A DNA stretch of 64,000 bases from Camelus dromedarius. Its lineage: Eukaryota. The stretch is from NCBI RefSeq assembly GCF_036321535.1, contig NC_087438.1:6388001-6452000 (forward strand). Direction: 5' to 3'. Of this stretch, positions 12,724-25,929 are shown one piece after another. The notes beneath the pieces were generated by a model. It saw nothing but the letters and a program-made list of their open reading frames with translations. It searched no databases and had not been told where the DNA came from. The position numbers were made by a program, and so were the translations under genes. How positions within the stretch are numbered: position 1 is the first letter of the stretch; every line of letters begins with the position of its first letter.

Positions 12724-14379
12724 GAAAATAAAACATCTCACAAAGCTAAAAAAAAAAAACATAACAGATACACCATGGTACACTCTTTAGCAAAGCAGAC
12801 CCCATTATAACTTGGATTTTGTTATTATCAGGAGGAGTTAGTGTTACATTATCACTTTGTGCTGTATAATTACTAGGAAAACTATACAGTAAAATGTTTT
12901 AGATAAAGAGGCATTCCTAATGGCTCTCATTGGTCTAGTGGTTTTGTTAAAAGTTAAATAGTAATTCTCTCTTCAGTAAATTTAAGACTCCAAGGAGTAG
13001 AGTTAGTGCCAGGGTTACAAGAAGAATAGTTTTCAAATGCCATCAGATTGTTCAAATCGTTCTGCTGAAATGGCAAACAATCACCTTCCCCAATCTGCTT
13101 AATGTCAAAGTAGCCTTTGCATTTTCAAGATAAACATTGGCCAAGGATTGGAAGAAAAAAAAAAAAAACAGAAGGAAAATGTGAGACTCTTCAAAAATAT
13201 TTCATCACTTTGTCCGATGTACCAAGAAAGAGCAACTGCTCACACCGGTTTATTCGACCACAGAGTTTTCTGAAGACAGTTATTTCAAGTAGCAAAGTTA
13301 CTTTCCTGAGGCATTTTTATTGCAGTATCACCGATTTTCCAATAATATTCAAATCCAGACTTAATTAAAGTCCACGAGTGTAGAGCTGTTCTGTTGGCTC
13401 ACTTCCAACCTCACGAGAAGACAGGAGGAAGGGAAATTATATTAAGAATGAAACTGAACCACCGATTGTAGGGCTGAGCATAGGACTGGGAATCACAGCA
13501 TTTGAAAAAGAATGGAGACGGACATGTGTCTTTCACAGACTGGCCTGAAGTTGGGTGTTCCAGATTAATCCCCTCGTGTCTCTCTGTTCACTCAGCGAAC
13601 CAGACTTCGCCTATTGGATCACTTGGCAGAAATGGGAAAAAAAAAAAGTCACTGGAGAGAAATATGAATATCAGTGGACACTCTCCAGTACCAGATCTTA
13701 TTTCTCAAAGTTACTCAGTTATTTTGTCTGAAATCAGATTATGTTTTAACCTGGTCATAACTTTTCTTTATTCCAACTGATTTGTTCTAATCAATTAAAC
13801 TCCTTTAATCAAGCCTTCTCGTTCTATTCTCAGTGGAGATTCTTTGTTATTCTTTCATGGATCATAATTTTGGAACAAATCTCACTACTGATTTATGAAG
13901 CCATCTTTCTGGCTGATTCCTTTCAAGGCCCTTTTCTACCTGCTCTAACCTATCTCTGCGGCAGTCAAACAAATGGTAGGGCTTTCCACCGTCTATGTTT
14001 CAGACCTCACTACGACACTCATGATCCTATTTCCTGAGTCTCTGCTTTTTTTTTAATCTTTCGTTTTTGTCATCCTTTGTCCTTTTCTACTGCACGAAAG
14101 CCCAGTAGAGAAAAGGAATCTTAATTCTCTACTTCATTCTGTATTTAGTCTTCATTATATCTTTCAGCCGGAGACATGGAGCAGCAATATTGTGGTTCCT
14201 TGGATTTTCAAAAGCTCTGTACAGTAGGCAATGAGTTTGAAACGTCTATATTTTAAAGACACAAAGATTCCTGTCTGTGGTACAGTTTTTTTTTTTTGTC
14301 TGTAAATAGTTAGAAATCACATCTGTGCTATTCAACAACTTACAGAAGTGTTGCTTTACGAACACGCATTCATCCTTCT

Positions 14380-14460
14380 CTCTTCCATTTAATAAATATT
14401 CACTAAATACCCACCAAGTGCAAGACACGGATAGATAATGAGTGACAGGGAAAAACACAC
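14380..14460 (-). mobile_element. L2 3' end fragment
   Basis: ccatttaataaatattcactaaatacccaccaagtgcaagacac resembles the antisense L2 terminus. Confidence 0.5.
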
Positions 14461-15801
14461 ATACAGATAATATTTGCACACATCAGATACTAGTTTACAA
14501 TAAAACATAAGTGACTTCCATCAGCCCAGACAACCTCATGCTACATCTGAGGAAGCATCAGTGGTGTTATGGTAGCCGCGTTCATCTCAGAATCCAGGGA
14601 TACACTGCAACTTACAACACCATCAACTTTCAGGAAGTGACAGAGCTACAGACAGACCTAAAGGGAAATAGAGTAGGTTTACAGAAAATCACTTTGTACC
14701 CACAGACACCCTGGCGATGTACAGAAGCACCTGTGGTTTCATGACACAGCACACCTCCCTGCCACGCACACATGCGCCCAGGTTCTGATAAACAGAGCTC
14801 TGATCTCAGGAGTAAATCAGACGCGAGAATGAAAAAAAAAAAAAAAAACCACTGGCTCTTTTTACGGACAAGTTACATACATATAATCCACGGTTCTCAG
14901 AAGTATATAAACAAAGCTGTGGATTATCACATTCTGCAGCGAGAGAAGCTAATTAGACAGGGACCAGCAAAGGCAGCTACTTTTCATAAAAATGAAGAGA
15001 ACAACATTCAAGGCAGATGGGCCAGCACTCTTTCAGCAGATGGCTTTGCTAATTAGATCCTGGCAAAAGATAACATTAAAAAAAAAAAAAACTGGTTTAA
15101 TTACACTGTGCCAAAAATTAACAACCACCTGAGGGCTTTTCTTTATATGTCTGCATTCATATTCTCATGTCATGGATTTCTGTGAAATGCTCGAGAATGT
15201 TAAATTGTCATGGCGATGATAAGCAAATTGCCAGGGAACGGGAGACTGTGTTCAAAAGAGAAGCGAAAGGCAAACGAGTCGGAGTTTGAAACGACTGTGA
15301 TTTTCATGTGACTTGAATAAACAAGACACAAAGGGGTAAACGACTGAGTCACTTTGGAAGGATTTGTCCAACTTTCCTGTCGGCCTTGACTCCTTAGTAG
15401 ATATTAGGTGCCCTTATTCACTTAATAGTAGTTTCCAGGACACTTGAATCTGCGGTCATGGCGAAAACAGGCAAGTCCCTGTCATTCTAACTGGTGGCCT
15501 CCAACTCAGGGAATTCGAAGGGGACGCTAGCCATATCTTCTAACTACTGTTTTTTGATGCTTACGAATCTGTAGTCATCCAACATCAGAGACACACCTTA
15601 ACCTTAGAGAGTCCCATGAAAACGTGTTATTACCATTTTTTAAACCCTTATATGAAAGCCCAAGATTTTCTTCCACGAAATAAAAATATTAAAACCAAAC
15701 TTCCTTCAATTGCTGCCCAGTGGAGCTGTTCATTGGGCCTTCTGTTTTATAATTGGCCTTTTTAAATTGAGGGCTGGGTTTTTATATAATTGAGCAGACA
15801 G

Positions 15802-16241
15802 TGTATTAGATTCCGAGGCTGCTGTAACAAAGCACCGCAAACTGGGTGGCTTTAAGAAATATACATTTATTTTCACAGTCCCCAGGGCTAGAAGTCCGAA
15901 ATCAGTCGAGCTGATTCCTTCCAGAGTCCCCATGGGAGAATCCATTCTCTGCTTGTCTCTGGGACTCTGGTGGCCGCTGGCATCCCCTGGCGTTCCTTGG
16001 CTTGGAGGCGCATCAGCCCAGCCCTTGCCTCTGCGTCACCTGCTCTGCTCCCTGTGTGTCTCTGTTTGGCCAAATGTCCCTCTTCTTACAAAAACGCTGG
16101 TCTTTGAATTAGGGCCCATTCTGTCCAGTAAAACCTTATCTTCACTAATTACATCTGCAAAGATTGTGTTTCCAAATGAGGTCACATTCTGAGAATCTAG
16201 GTGGACGTGAATTTGGGAGGGACACCATTCAACACAGTACA
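15802..16241 (-). mobile_element. MaLR MLT1-family solo LTR
   Basis: tgtattag...ggctgctgtaacaaa...gaggtcacattctgag...gtaca; perfect 5-bp TSD GACAG at 15797-15801 and 16242-16246. Confidence 0.9.
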
Positions 16242-16929
16242 GACAGCCAGACATCGTGACACAACGAGTTCTGAGACTGACAACTGACCGCACACTAATG
16301 AGAGTCATTGCTCAACCACAAATTAGTTGCCAAATCTTAGGCAAAACACTGACAAATTATAACAATTTATAAAACTTTTGTGATGTGGCAACCACAGAGC
16401 GAGGCGCTTTCTATACAAGTATCTCCTGTAAGTCTCTCTGTGATTTTATGTGGAAAGCACCATGACTGTAATGTTCTGGATGAGGACACAAAACAGTAAG
16501 CAAGGCACCAAGATTCAGATTCGGTAACTTGGATGGAAGCCTGGGGTCTCAGCCACTCTCCCTTCACTGAAACTGTCAAAGGAAGTGACCTTCATGACGG
16601 ATTGTCATGGTTCCTGTGTTTTTCTCTCCTATGATTGAGAAAAATGTACACCTCAAGCCCAGAAATGTGTGCACATCTAAGTTCAGAGCTGTTGACATTC
16701 AGTAAATACTAATTAATCATAAAAGCCATCGATTCCCCTGTCATGGAATGTATTCATTTCTAAAGCCTCTGCACCTGTTCATGGTCCTAGTATTGATTTT
16801 AAATGGGACATGATTCACCGCATGAAACTCTGTAGTTAACGACTGTACAGCCAGGGTATGGCTTAAAAGTCTTAGGCTGATTTTGCAGAATTACACATCT
16901 TGAATCCCAGAAAACAGCCTGCTCAAGCC

Positions 16930-17385
16930 ACAGATGTGGAGATACCACCCCTCCTCTGCTACAGCCCTCCAGGGGCCCGTCCTTCACCTGGAGCAGAAGC
17001 CAAAGCCATCTGGAATGTTCTGCCACATCCAGTCACTTACTCCTCTCTGTCTGATGTCCTAGGAACCCTCACCCCCACACCATGTCCAGCTCCTCAGCAA
17101 TGCAGACTTGGATCCCTGTGGCTTGTGCACCTGCTGGTTCCATTTTCTGGAACATCACCTGGCTGGGACCTGTGCCTCCTAAGGTCTTTGCTTAAGCGTT
17201 ACCTTCTCACTGGGACCCACATAGCCACGCCTATAAGAGAGCAACTGGCCTCCCCACTCCCCACAGGAAGGCGATGTCCATCTGTCCTCTTGGTTCACTT
17301 CTAGGTCCCCAGCACCTAGAACCACGCTTCACACTCAGCAAGAACTCTGTTGTTCAACAGTACACTTGCTGATGAATGAATGGCT
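16930..17385 (+). mobile_element. L2 3' fragment
   Basis: Ends ccagcacctagaac...tgatgaatgaatgg, the L2 terminal (TGAA)n. Confidence 0.65.
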
Positions 17386-20300
17386 GTGATGTACTCTCTA
17401 CCTGCAGTCCCAGAACTGGGTCCAGGGGCCCAGATGAAGCTCCCCCATATGGAAGGGGCAGGTGAGTCTCTGGAGCCCTCGAGCTGCTTGGGCAGGATGA
17501 CCACATACTGAATTTCTGCAGCCAACGTCCCTCCAGGGTTACTCTTCCAAACACTTCCCTGCACCCAAGGTAGGGGCTCCGTAAAGGGGGCAGGATGAAC
17601 GAAAGCATGAATGTTCCCACTTTCTGAGCAGTAGGCTCATTTCTTTAGGTGAATTCTTATGCATAATCTCAGGTAAAAGAAGGCAAAAGTGATATTTACT
17701 AGATTCCTGTTATAACTGTAATGCAAGATTGTAGCATGAAATCATTAGGAAAGTATGAGGCCAAGTGACTGCCGAGTCACGGCGCCGTCAGCACCCAGTC
17801 ATGTCTGTATTCTGTTTCAGTTGCTTACTTTTGAAATTATACTGATTTATACAAATTAAGTAGTAATAAATGAGGTCACCTTTGAATCTCAGTTAATTTG
17901 GGTAAAATCTGAAATGACAGCAGACAATTGATTCCATGCTGTACAATAAACCAGGTAAGCCAGGTAATGTTACAGTAAAAGTTATTTCACTGAGGGTTGT
18001 CAATGCCTTAAAATTTTATAGACAGCATACCTTGATGTCAACAATCTTTAAATAACAGAATTAAAAGATAAGTAATGCATAAAATCCCTTAGCACTGCTA
18101 GAATTCAGGCGTTCCAGGAAACATATTTGGTTCTAAGAAACCAAGCATCATTGATAAGCAATTTAAAGCTTGGAATTGAACCTAAGGATGGAGAAAAACA
18201 AAGTAACAGAAAATGAGTTCTAATAACTGTACTCCTGAACATGAATGAGCCCCACTAGGTCATTTTGTGAAAAAAGTGCATTAGGAAGAAGGCCAATATC
18301 AAAGGACATTATAATAGCTAGGCTAATATTTAGAATTATGATTGTCAGACACTGAGGCACCAAACAACTTGCTCCGCTTCAAAAATGTTGCCATCGATGA
18401 AATTGTTGCTGGAAGGTAAGGCGAGTGAGAACAGCTGCTCCTGGTTTCAAAGAAATTATTTTCATGGATCCAGTGGGATTGGTTTAGAAAAATGGTGTAT
18501 GGTCTAATTTGTGAGCCTAAATGTAGGGGAAAATCTAATTACTAGAGAAGTGACTATTTTTATATACAAATTTGCTCAAGTATTTATATATAAATAACCC
18601 AATTCAAAACCAGTCAAGCATGGGATACAAGTGTTGACATCAGAGTGGACTGACTTCTCAAGGACCAGCTCCCTAATTGACTATTTCCCAAATGTGTTTG
18701 GTCCGGAAACTATTGCTACTAATGTCCTATTTTCAAACATACAATTATTTCCTCCATCACAGATGATGCAATTCAAACACCACAATATCTGTGATGTTCA
18801 ACAGGAACTGTGATGTTCGCTAGAAACTAAGTAGATACATCACAACCAAATTAAAATTAGACAGTTAGCCGAGGTGACGTTTATTCTGCAGATGTAGAGA
18901 AGTACCTGGAAAGGAATAAGCTGATTATGTAAAGTCATGAAAAATAGAAGACCAAGCTGAGTTTTTAAACACTATTTGAGAACTTTACAGGACAATGACA
19001 AGAGGTCTTGAAAAATAAAAATAAAAACAAAAAAACAGAGAGAGCAGCATATTGGCATGAGATGCTCTGTAGGACCTCAACCGACTAGAAGGATAAACAC
19101 CTTTGAATGATGAACACTGTCTTGGGGATTTCTTCACAAGGCTAAGCTTGTAGTATGGCTTTGACCAAGGCGTTCTTACACAGAGCAGTTGACTACTGGC
19201 CATCACAGTCTAGATCCACTGGGAAAAGTGAAGAGACAATTCTGGCCCTAGTACAAGAGTGAGACTCCCAGCCATGTGGCAAGACTCCTTTTAGGAGTAC
19301 AGTTAAAGGGTTCAAAAGGGACTGAATCTCACAAGTAATATAAGGACCAAGGTTTTCATTTTGAGCCAACATGAGACAGAAGTAGGAAAAAGACCCCAGC
19401 AGCCACAGCACAAATGAGAATAAAGATGTGGAAACCCTGTAATTCTTTGTTTGGTTAAGAGTCTTATTTATTGCTGTTAAAAAATATTTTTGTGTTTTCA
19501 AGAGAACTATCCGATCTGAGATTGTGTGTGTTAGGTTTCCCCTGCTTGAAGCATAGGGTCACCTATACTGGGCTCATCAGCTTGGGTTCTATTCTTGTAC
19601 ATTCTGGCTCAATCCTAATGAAGACATTCTAAATGAACTGTCATCTTAATAGTTAATATAAATGTACATACATGAATGTTTGGTTTTAGCTTTTCCATCA
19701 ATATTTTTCTCTGAAACTAGCTTCATGAAAACAAACAGTATGTTGTAGCTGATTCCTTTTCTCCACAGTTCTGAGTTAGAATGCATGTACTAGGTTCAAA
19801 AGTACTTACAAAGCCCAAATTATGGATGCTTACTGGGGAATTATTTTACACTCACTGGGCCACTCAGAATTTATTTATTATTCATGTTATAAACACTTGC
19901 TTCCTGAGATGCATCCTACCACTACAAAGACTGACTTTATTTCAACTTCAGAACATATTGATCTATTTGCCAGCCCTCAAAATATATGGAAACCCCTTTT
20001 TATGAGGCTTATTCAGCATTATTTCCATAAATTTTCATTTGTAGCTGAGAGAAGCGAACATTACAATTTGTTTTCTGGTATATATTTGAGCAGTTGCACT
20101 TCTCTGTTATTTTACATAAAATGTGTAAGAGGATGATATACTTTTGTTCAAGAAACATTATTTATGATATCACCGCAATGTTCAAGGAGAACTTAATGAA
20201 CACTATTGATATATTCATTTCCCTGTTAATATCCAACATAATCATAACTTTACAGCCACCTGCTTGAACTTATTAAATCAAACAAATAAGTCAGCATTAA

Positions 20301-20739
20301 ACAGCAATTTGTGATTTCACCATTAATTTCTTCAAGAATTTGTCTCTCTTCTATGGGACAATCAGTTTGCTTATGTGCTGGGGGAATATTACCATGACTA
20401 TTACCATTGTCTTTGATGAGAAAGAGCTTTATCAAGTAAATAAGTCCAAAAGTGTTTCAACTATGAGGATAAGAACTAGTGATTTTTTGATATATGCAAT
20501 GTCTAAGATATTTTGATTGCAAATGGATATTTCTGTTGTAATTTTACAATTAATTGAGATGAGCATCACTCAGTTCCCTCTTATCATCCATTCTTAGTAG
20601 GTCTCAATTAGCCAGAGTTGGCAATTGATGCCACGTGTTACAACTTTACCCAGTTTTGTGTGAAGGAATTTGATTTTGATCTCTATGGCTCTGAGTATCA
20701 TTAGAAAAAGAAATTGGTGTGTGTCTAGGGGTGGGACAT

Positions 20740-21462
20740 TGTGGTAGAGTGAATAATGGCCTTTTTTTCTTTTCCTAAGAACATAAATTTAAGGCCCACA
20801 AACCAATCCCGGGCAAAGGAGGAGGGCTTGGCCATGCCCCCAGGAAGCTGGAGCCAATCAGGTGGGGTAACTAAGGGAGGGAGGCTAGGACTCTCAGGTT
20901 ATTGGTCAAGCCCTTTATAGTGTTCATACTAGTCAGATGAAGGAGCTGCCCATTCTCTATGCTGAAGCAGAGGGCAACTACCCAATCCTGGAGCTTGGCT
21001 GTGATCTGTCAGGAATGGAGCCAATACCTGGCAAGCAAAAGATATCCACATCCTATTACCGGAACCTATGAATGCTACCTTGTATGACAAAAAAAGACCT
21101 GGCAGATGTGATTAAATTAAGGATCCTGAGACGGGAGAGATTATCCTGTATTATTCAGGCAGGTCCCAAATACAATCAAATGTTTCCTTATGTGGGAGAC
21201 AGAGGGAGATTTGACACATAGGGAGGAACAGGAAATGTGACCAAGAAGCAGAGATTGGAGGCACGTGGACACCAGAATCTAGAGGGACAGAATCCCCCCG
21301 AGAACCTCCAGAGAGAGTGTGGCCCAGGAGACACCTTGATTTTAACTCCATAAAAATCATTTTGGACTCTTGACCTCTAGAACCAGAAGAGAATAAATTT
21401 CTATTGCTCTAAGTCACCCAGTTTGGGTGAATTTGTTACAGCAGCCAGAGAAAATGAATACA
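20740..21462 (+). mobile_element. MLT1 (MLT1D-like) solo LTR, interrupted by a ~275-nt insert at 20762-21036
   Basis: tgtggtagagtgaataatggcc [insert] aaagatatccacatccta...aataaatttc...gaaaatgaataca; perfect TSD GACAT at 20735-20739 and 21463-21467. Confidence 0.88.
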
Positions 21463-21539
21463 GACATAATTACACATGAATTACATGTATGCACAAGCCC
21501 ACACAAATGGTTTCAACATCATCAGGTGGATAAATTCAC

Positions 21540-22250
21540 CTCTCTGTTTCTGCCAGACATCTGAGCTGGTCCCTGTAAATATGGAAGATGCAACCTCTGC
21601 TACACTAGAGCTGCCGGGGGGTGTACTCACTGTGGTCTGGGGAGCACCAGAGGGGAACACCTGGTCCAGGTGTGGTCCAGGGATGAATCAAGGCAAGGTT
21701 CCCAGGGCAGCCAGGCTTCAACTAAATTGTAAAGGAACTAACAGTGGAGGGGTGGGTGTCCACCAAAAGGGAAGGAATCAGTCACTCCCAAGGCCTGGAA
21801 AGGGAGGAAAGTGTGTCTGCCTGAGGAACTGAGTCACTGGGCAGGGAATGGAGAGGGATGTAGACTTCTGGGTGGCACACAGCTCAGGACAGGCCTCATG
21901 AACCACGCCAAGGAGTTCATATTTTTTTTCATGAACTGCAAAAAGCCATGGATAAGATGTTAAGTAAGATGTTGGCATGGTGAGAGATCAGTCACTGAGA
22001 GTGATCGCTCGAGGGGGAGGATAAGGCCTGGAAAGGAGAGTGGTGGGTGAACAGGAGACTGGTAACAGGCACTTCCAGAAGCAGCAGGCAGGCGCCGAGG
22101 GCCCGGAATAAGCGGGGACAACAGGCTGAAGACGAAGGCAGGACTGACCAGTCACCTAGGAGTGGGAAGAGCAGTGCGTAAAAAGTGGGTTTGTGGCAGA
22201 GAGATGCCCACACGCCTGGCCTGACAGCTGGTGGATGTAGACGGCTCCAG
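21540..22250 (-). mobile_element. L2 fragment(s)
   Basis: Antisense L2-like motifs (ccaaggagttcatatt...aagccatgga..., ggagactggta). Confidence 0.55.
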
Positions 22251-23434
22251 TCTTTCTAATCTATTCTACGAAACTCTTTCCACCCGCTCCCCTGGCAGGG
22301 TTTGGACCAAGCCCTCTGCACAATTCTCGACTGTCTTCTTTCTACTCTAGAAATAACTCCAGTGTTAGAAAAATAAAACTACTTTCACAATTCTGTTTGA
22401 AGAAAAATATAATGGGACAGTGAAACTACTTTCAAAATAGCAAAAGAATTGACCAACAAAAAAAATTCATAGGATGTTTTGATCATCATCCTTTTGAATC
22501 AAATATACCTTCATTCATTGGTAATAAATTCTGGTTTTTCAAAGCCAACTAGAAAAAAACTAAACAGAACAAAAGAACAACAACCAAAGAAGCGAAGCAT
22601 ACTAATCACATGCAAGATATCACTAACATTATAGGAATCTGCAGGAGGTCAGTAAAGGAACTTCTTTTTCAGAGTCTTACAATAATGGCTTATGTGCTTG
22701 GAATCCTGCATCTTAAGTTAAGCGAATGAGATGATATAAAAGAAATATGACACCAACGGAAATGAAAAATGAGGGAAAACTTATACTCCTTGACTTGTAA
22801 GTCATTTAGAAAAGATCAGGAAGTTGAAATTTTTAAGCGAAAGAAATAAGAAAAACTGAATAGTAAAAAATGAAGCTTTTCATATCTGTTAGGCACATTT
22901 CTCTTAGATTTTCACATATGTAGAAAATTCTGAAAAAAAGCATGCTATTAAAAAGTGAATGTTTATTCACCTTCTAATCAGCCAGATTCAAAATTCTTGC
23001 TAGAATTTCAGGTATCCTTGAGTTCAGTTACTATAATCCTCAAAATCAACAGAGGAAATTTAATGCCATTTTTAGGGTACACTGATACCAGTTTTTCAAG
23101 TTTTGACTTTGAATGTAATTCACCACTGCCTACCTTTGAATCAGCATAGTGAGTTCAACCAGATCCAACAGATAAACATGCATGCAGAAAGCTGTCAGTC
23201 AGTCTGGAGGTGACACATTGTGCCAAGAGTAACTGGTACACAGAGGAGCAATGCAGCAGCAGAAACCAGAAATCAGACTATGCGTGACAGAGAAACACCG
23301 GAAAATAGCTTCTGGGGAGATGCATCTGGGGAAACATCCCAGAACTTCCGATGGCGATGATGCCTGCGCTCTTCTCCCCATCACTCCATCACTCCGCCCT
23401 CGCGAGAGCCCGACAGCCCCGAGAAGCAGGCACT

Positions 23435-23565
23435 AGTGTTACATTCATCTTACGTGGTAGACAGAAAGGAAACTAACTTACCAAAGGTCACCGAGCTATT
23501 AGGTGAGTGACCTGGGATTCGAACCCAAGCCATCTGGCTTCAGCATCCGTGATCTAGCCCGTGTG
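23435..23565 (-). mobile_element. MIR SINE
   Basis: aacttaccaaaggtcac...gagct...gggattcgaacccaag...tctggcttca. Confidence 0.7.
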
Positions 23566-25929
23566 TTCGGGCCTCTTCTTTTAGTGAGTAGGGCTCCAGG
23601 ACCTCCCAGATTCCTAATTCTTTCCTGCCTCACCAGAGTCCTACTCAAAGATCAAGTTAGCTTGCTTTGAACTTGTCAGAGGAAATACAATGTGTTTCTT
23701 TCTCTTTCTAATAAAAGGGGGAGAAAAAAGACTCTCAGTGGGGAAATGGGAAATAAAATGGTTTGGTTGAAGAGATGATGCCTGTTCACTTTGTCTTTAC
23801 TGAGATTTGGACAAAACCGTTAATGGTTTCAGGGCTGGTTCCACAGCACACACACTCATTCAGTCACAAGTGCTGGCAGCCACCCCCTACCTCACCCACT
23901 GGGGCTCTGGAAGGGCATGAAAAACACAGAAGTAAATTCGATTAAGAACAGTCTACCACTCTGCAATTCTGTTGCATTCTCCAAGCTCACCTGCAATAAT
24001 ATCAAAGGCAAGACCAAGAGCACAGATGAGTGAACAGGTGTGGACAGAATCCCAGCCTCTGCAGTGTCACATGTGGGTAAAGATTATTAAACTACGTGCA
24101 GGTCATTCCAACTGGGTTACATTCCCAAAGTGAGTTTATACGTCGGATTTAAGGGAATAAAGTAAAAACTCTCCTACAGAGATATAATGCAAGCTGATAA
24201 GCACCTAGGTCAACAGACCCTCCTCCTGCCCACCCCCCCCAAACCCTGCCCACCACATTCTGAACAGGATATGGTAGACCCATTGCACAGGTGCCGCCAA
24301 GAAAACACAAAGTTCCAGGCTGCGATTCTAAGGTTCCACGCTCTTTGTTTTGCAGAAAGGTAGGCCCCCATCCCCTTGCATGGAATATGGAGGCCACCCC
24401 CTTTGCCCCACAGCACAGAGCACAGAAGCCCCGAGGAGGTGTGAAGGCCCACTGAAGAGGTGGTACCAGGCCTGGGCAGGACACGGAAGAGAAACCACAG
24501 GGCCTGGTGCACTCCTGGTTCTGATGCTCCCTGGGAGCTAGCCTAACTGGTCTCTCCTGGAATGCCACTCTTCCTTGTCCCCAGTCTCAAGATCCCCGCC
24601 ATGGTCATCTTACTGGGACCCAGCCCTTCAGAGTCTTCCTAAAGGCTCCCAAGATTGACAGCGCTGACACTATTAAAGGCAGAAGTCAAACTTTCCTCTG
24701 GAAGTCATCACACAGGCTGTAGAAAAGCAATGGCATTAAATTTAGTACTTCCCAGCACCGTCCCACCTAAGAGAGCTCTAACACCCTGAAATAAGTAACG
24801 CTAACAGAGTTCTCCTCCTCATTTCCTGAGGCCTGCAAGTCCTGATTAGGCTGAATAATTAAGAGAAGCTTTTTTTTTTCTTATTTGTTTTTCCAAATAG
24901 GATAACTTTTCCCTGTACATGTCTATATGGGCTCTCACCCAAGGGCAACTGGTTTAATGGATTATGATGATGGATAATTAGGCCTCTTAATTATTTCCTT
25001 AGGATTATTGTAGCTGTGAAAATCAAGCCACGCACACATACATTCAAATAGCAATTATACACTATTTAATTGCTTTTTAATTTAGAAATGATTTCTGGTT
25101 TTGAAAACGATCTCTGTCCCAGTGTGTTCATCATTTTTCTCTGCATATCCAAAGATCTTATCAGTCTATTTATAGCCATTTTGATTGGTTTACCTTCTAT
25201 GGTGGTTTGACAAATGTCATTGGTGATTGGTTAGATTTGTGTTCATGCTAATATACAATCAGGGTGATTCAACCAGCAGCTAATGCTTAATTAACCAGTT
25301 TTAATTGAATCTATTAAAAAATGGATGCAGCAAGTCCAGATGTAGCCTACAAAAACTCAGAATTTCACCCTTTCTAGACATCCGACCCTGGGCGTTTCTG
25401 AAGAATTTCATCCTTAGGTCACCTCTGCCAAGTCTTGCTTTTCCTTTAAACAATGATGAGTTGCAGGAGAAAGGAGCTCTTAGCTTTAGGAAGTGGCTTC
25501 TATACTGCCATAACATCAGTAATAAAATTATCACTGCATAATAGTCCTCAGATGGCAAAGTACATTTCTCCTCTGGTGCCTAGTTGTTAGTACAGACAGT
25601 CACTGAGGCTTGTCTGGTTTAACAGTAAGGAATTCATGATACAGGAAATAAAAATAGAGACCCTGTGTAACCTTTATATCATAAGCATTGTAACTGATTG
25701 GTTCTATGCCAAGAAAACATCCCCAAAAGAGGCAATGCTAACTAACCGGTCACATTTCTATGTAAACCAGGTTACAACTTATAAACTTTTCATCTAATAT
25801 TTACTGAACACCTATTCGATGGCAGAAACCAAGATTCAATAGGATCCTTTCTAAACGTTCAGACATTTCAGGAATTCTGAGCCTAGTAAAGGTGACCCCG
25901 AAGTAAGGAGTAATACAGCTTGGGAATGA

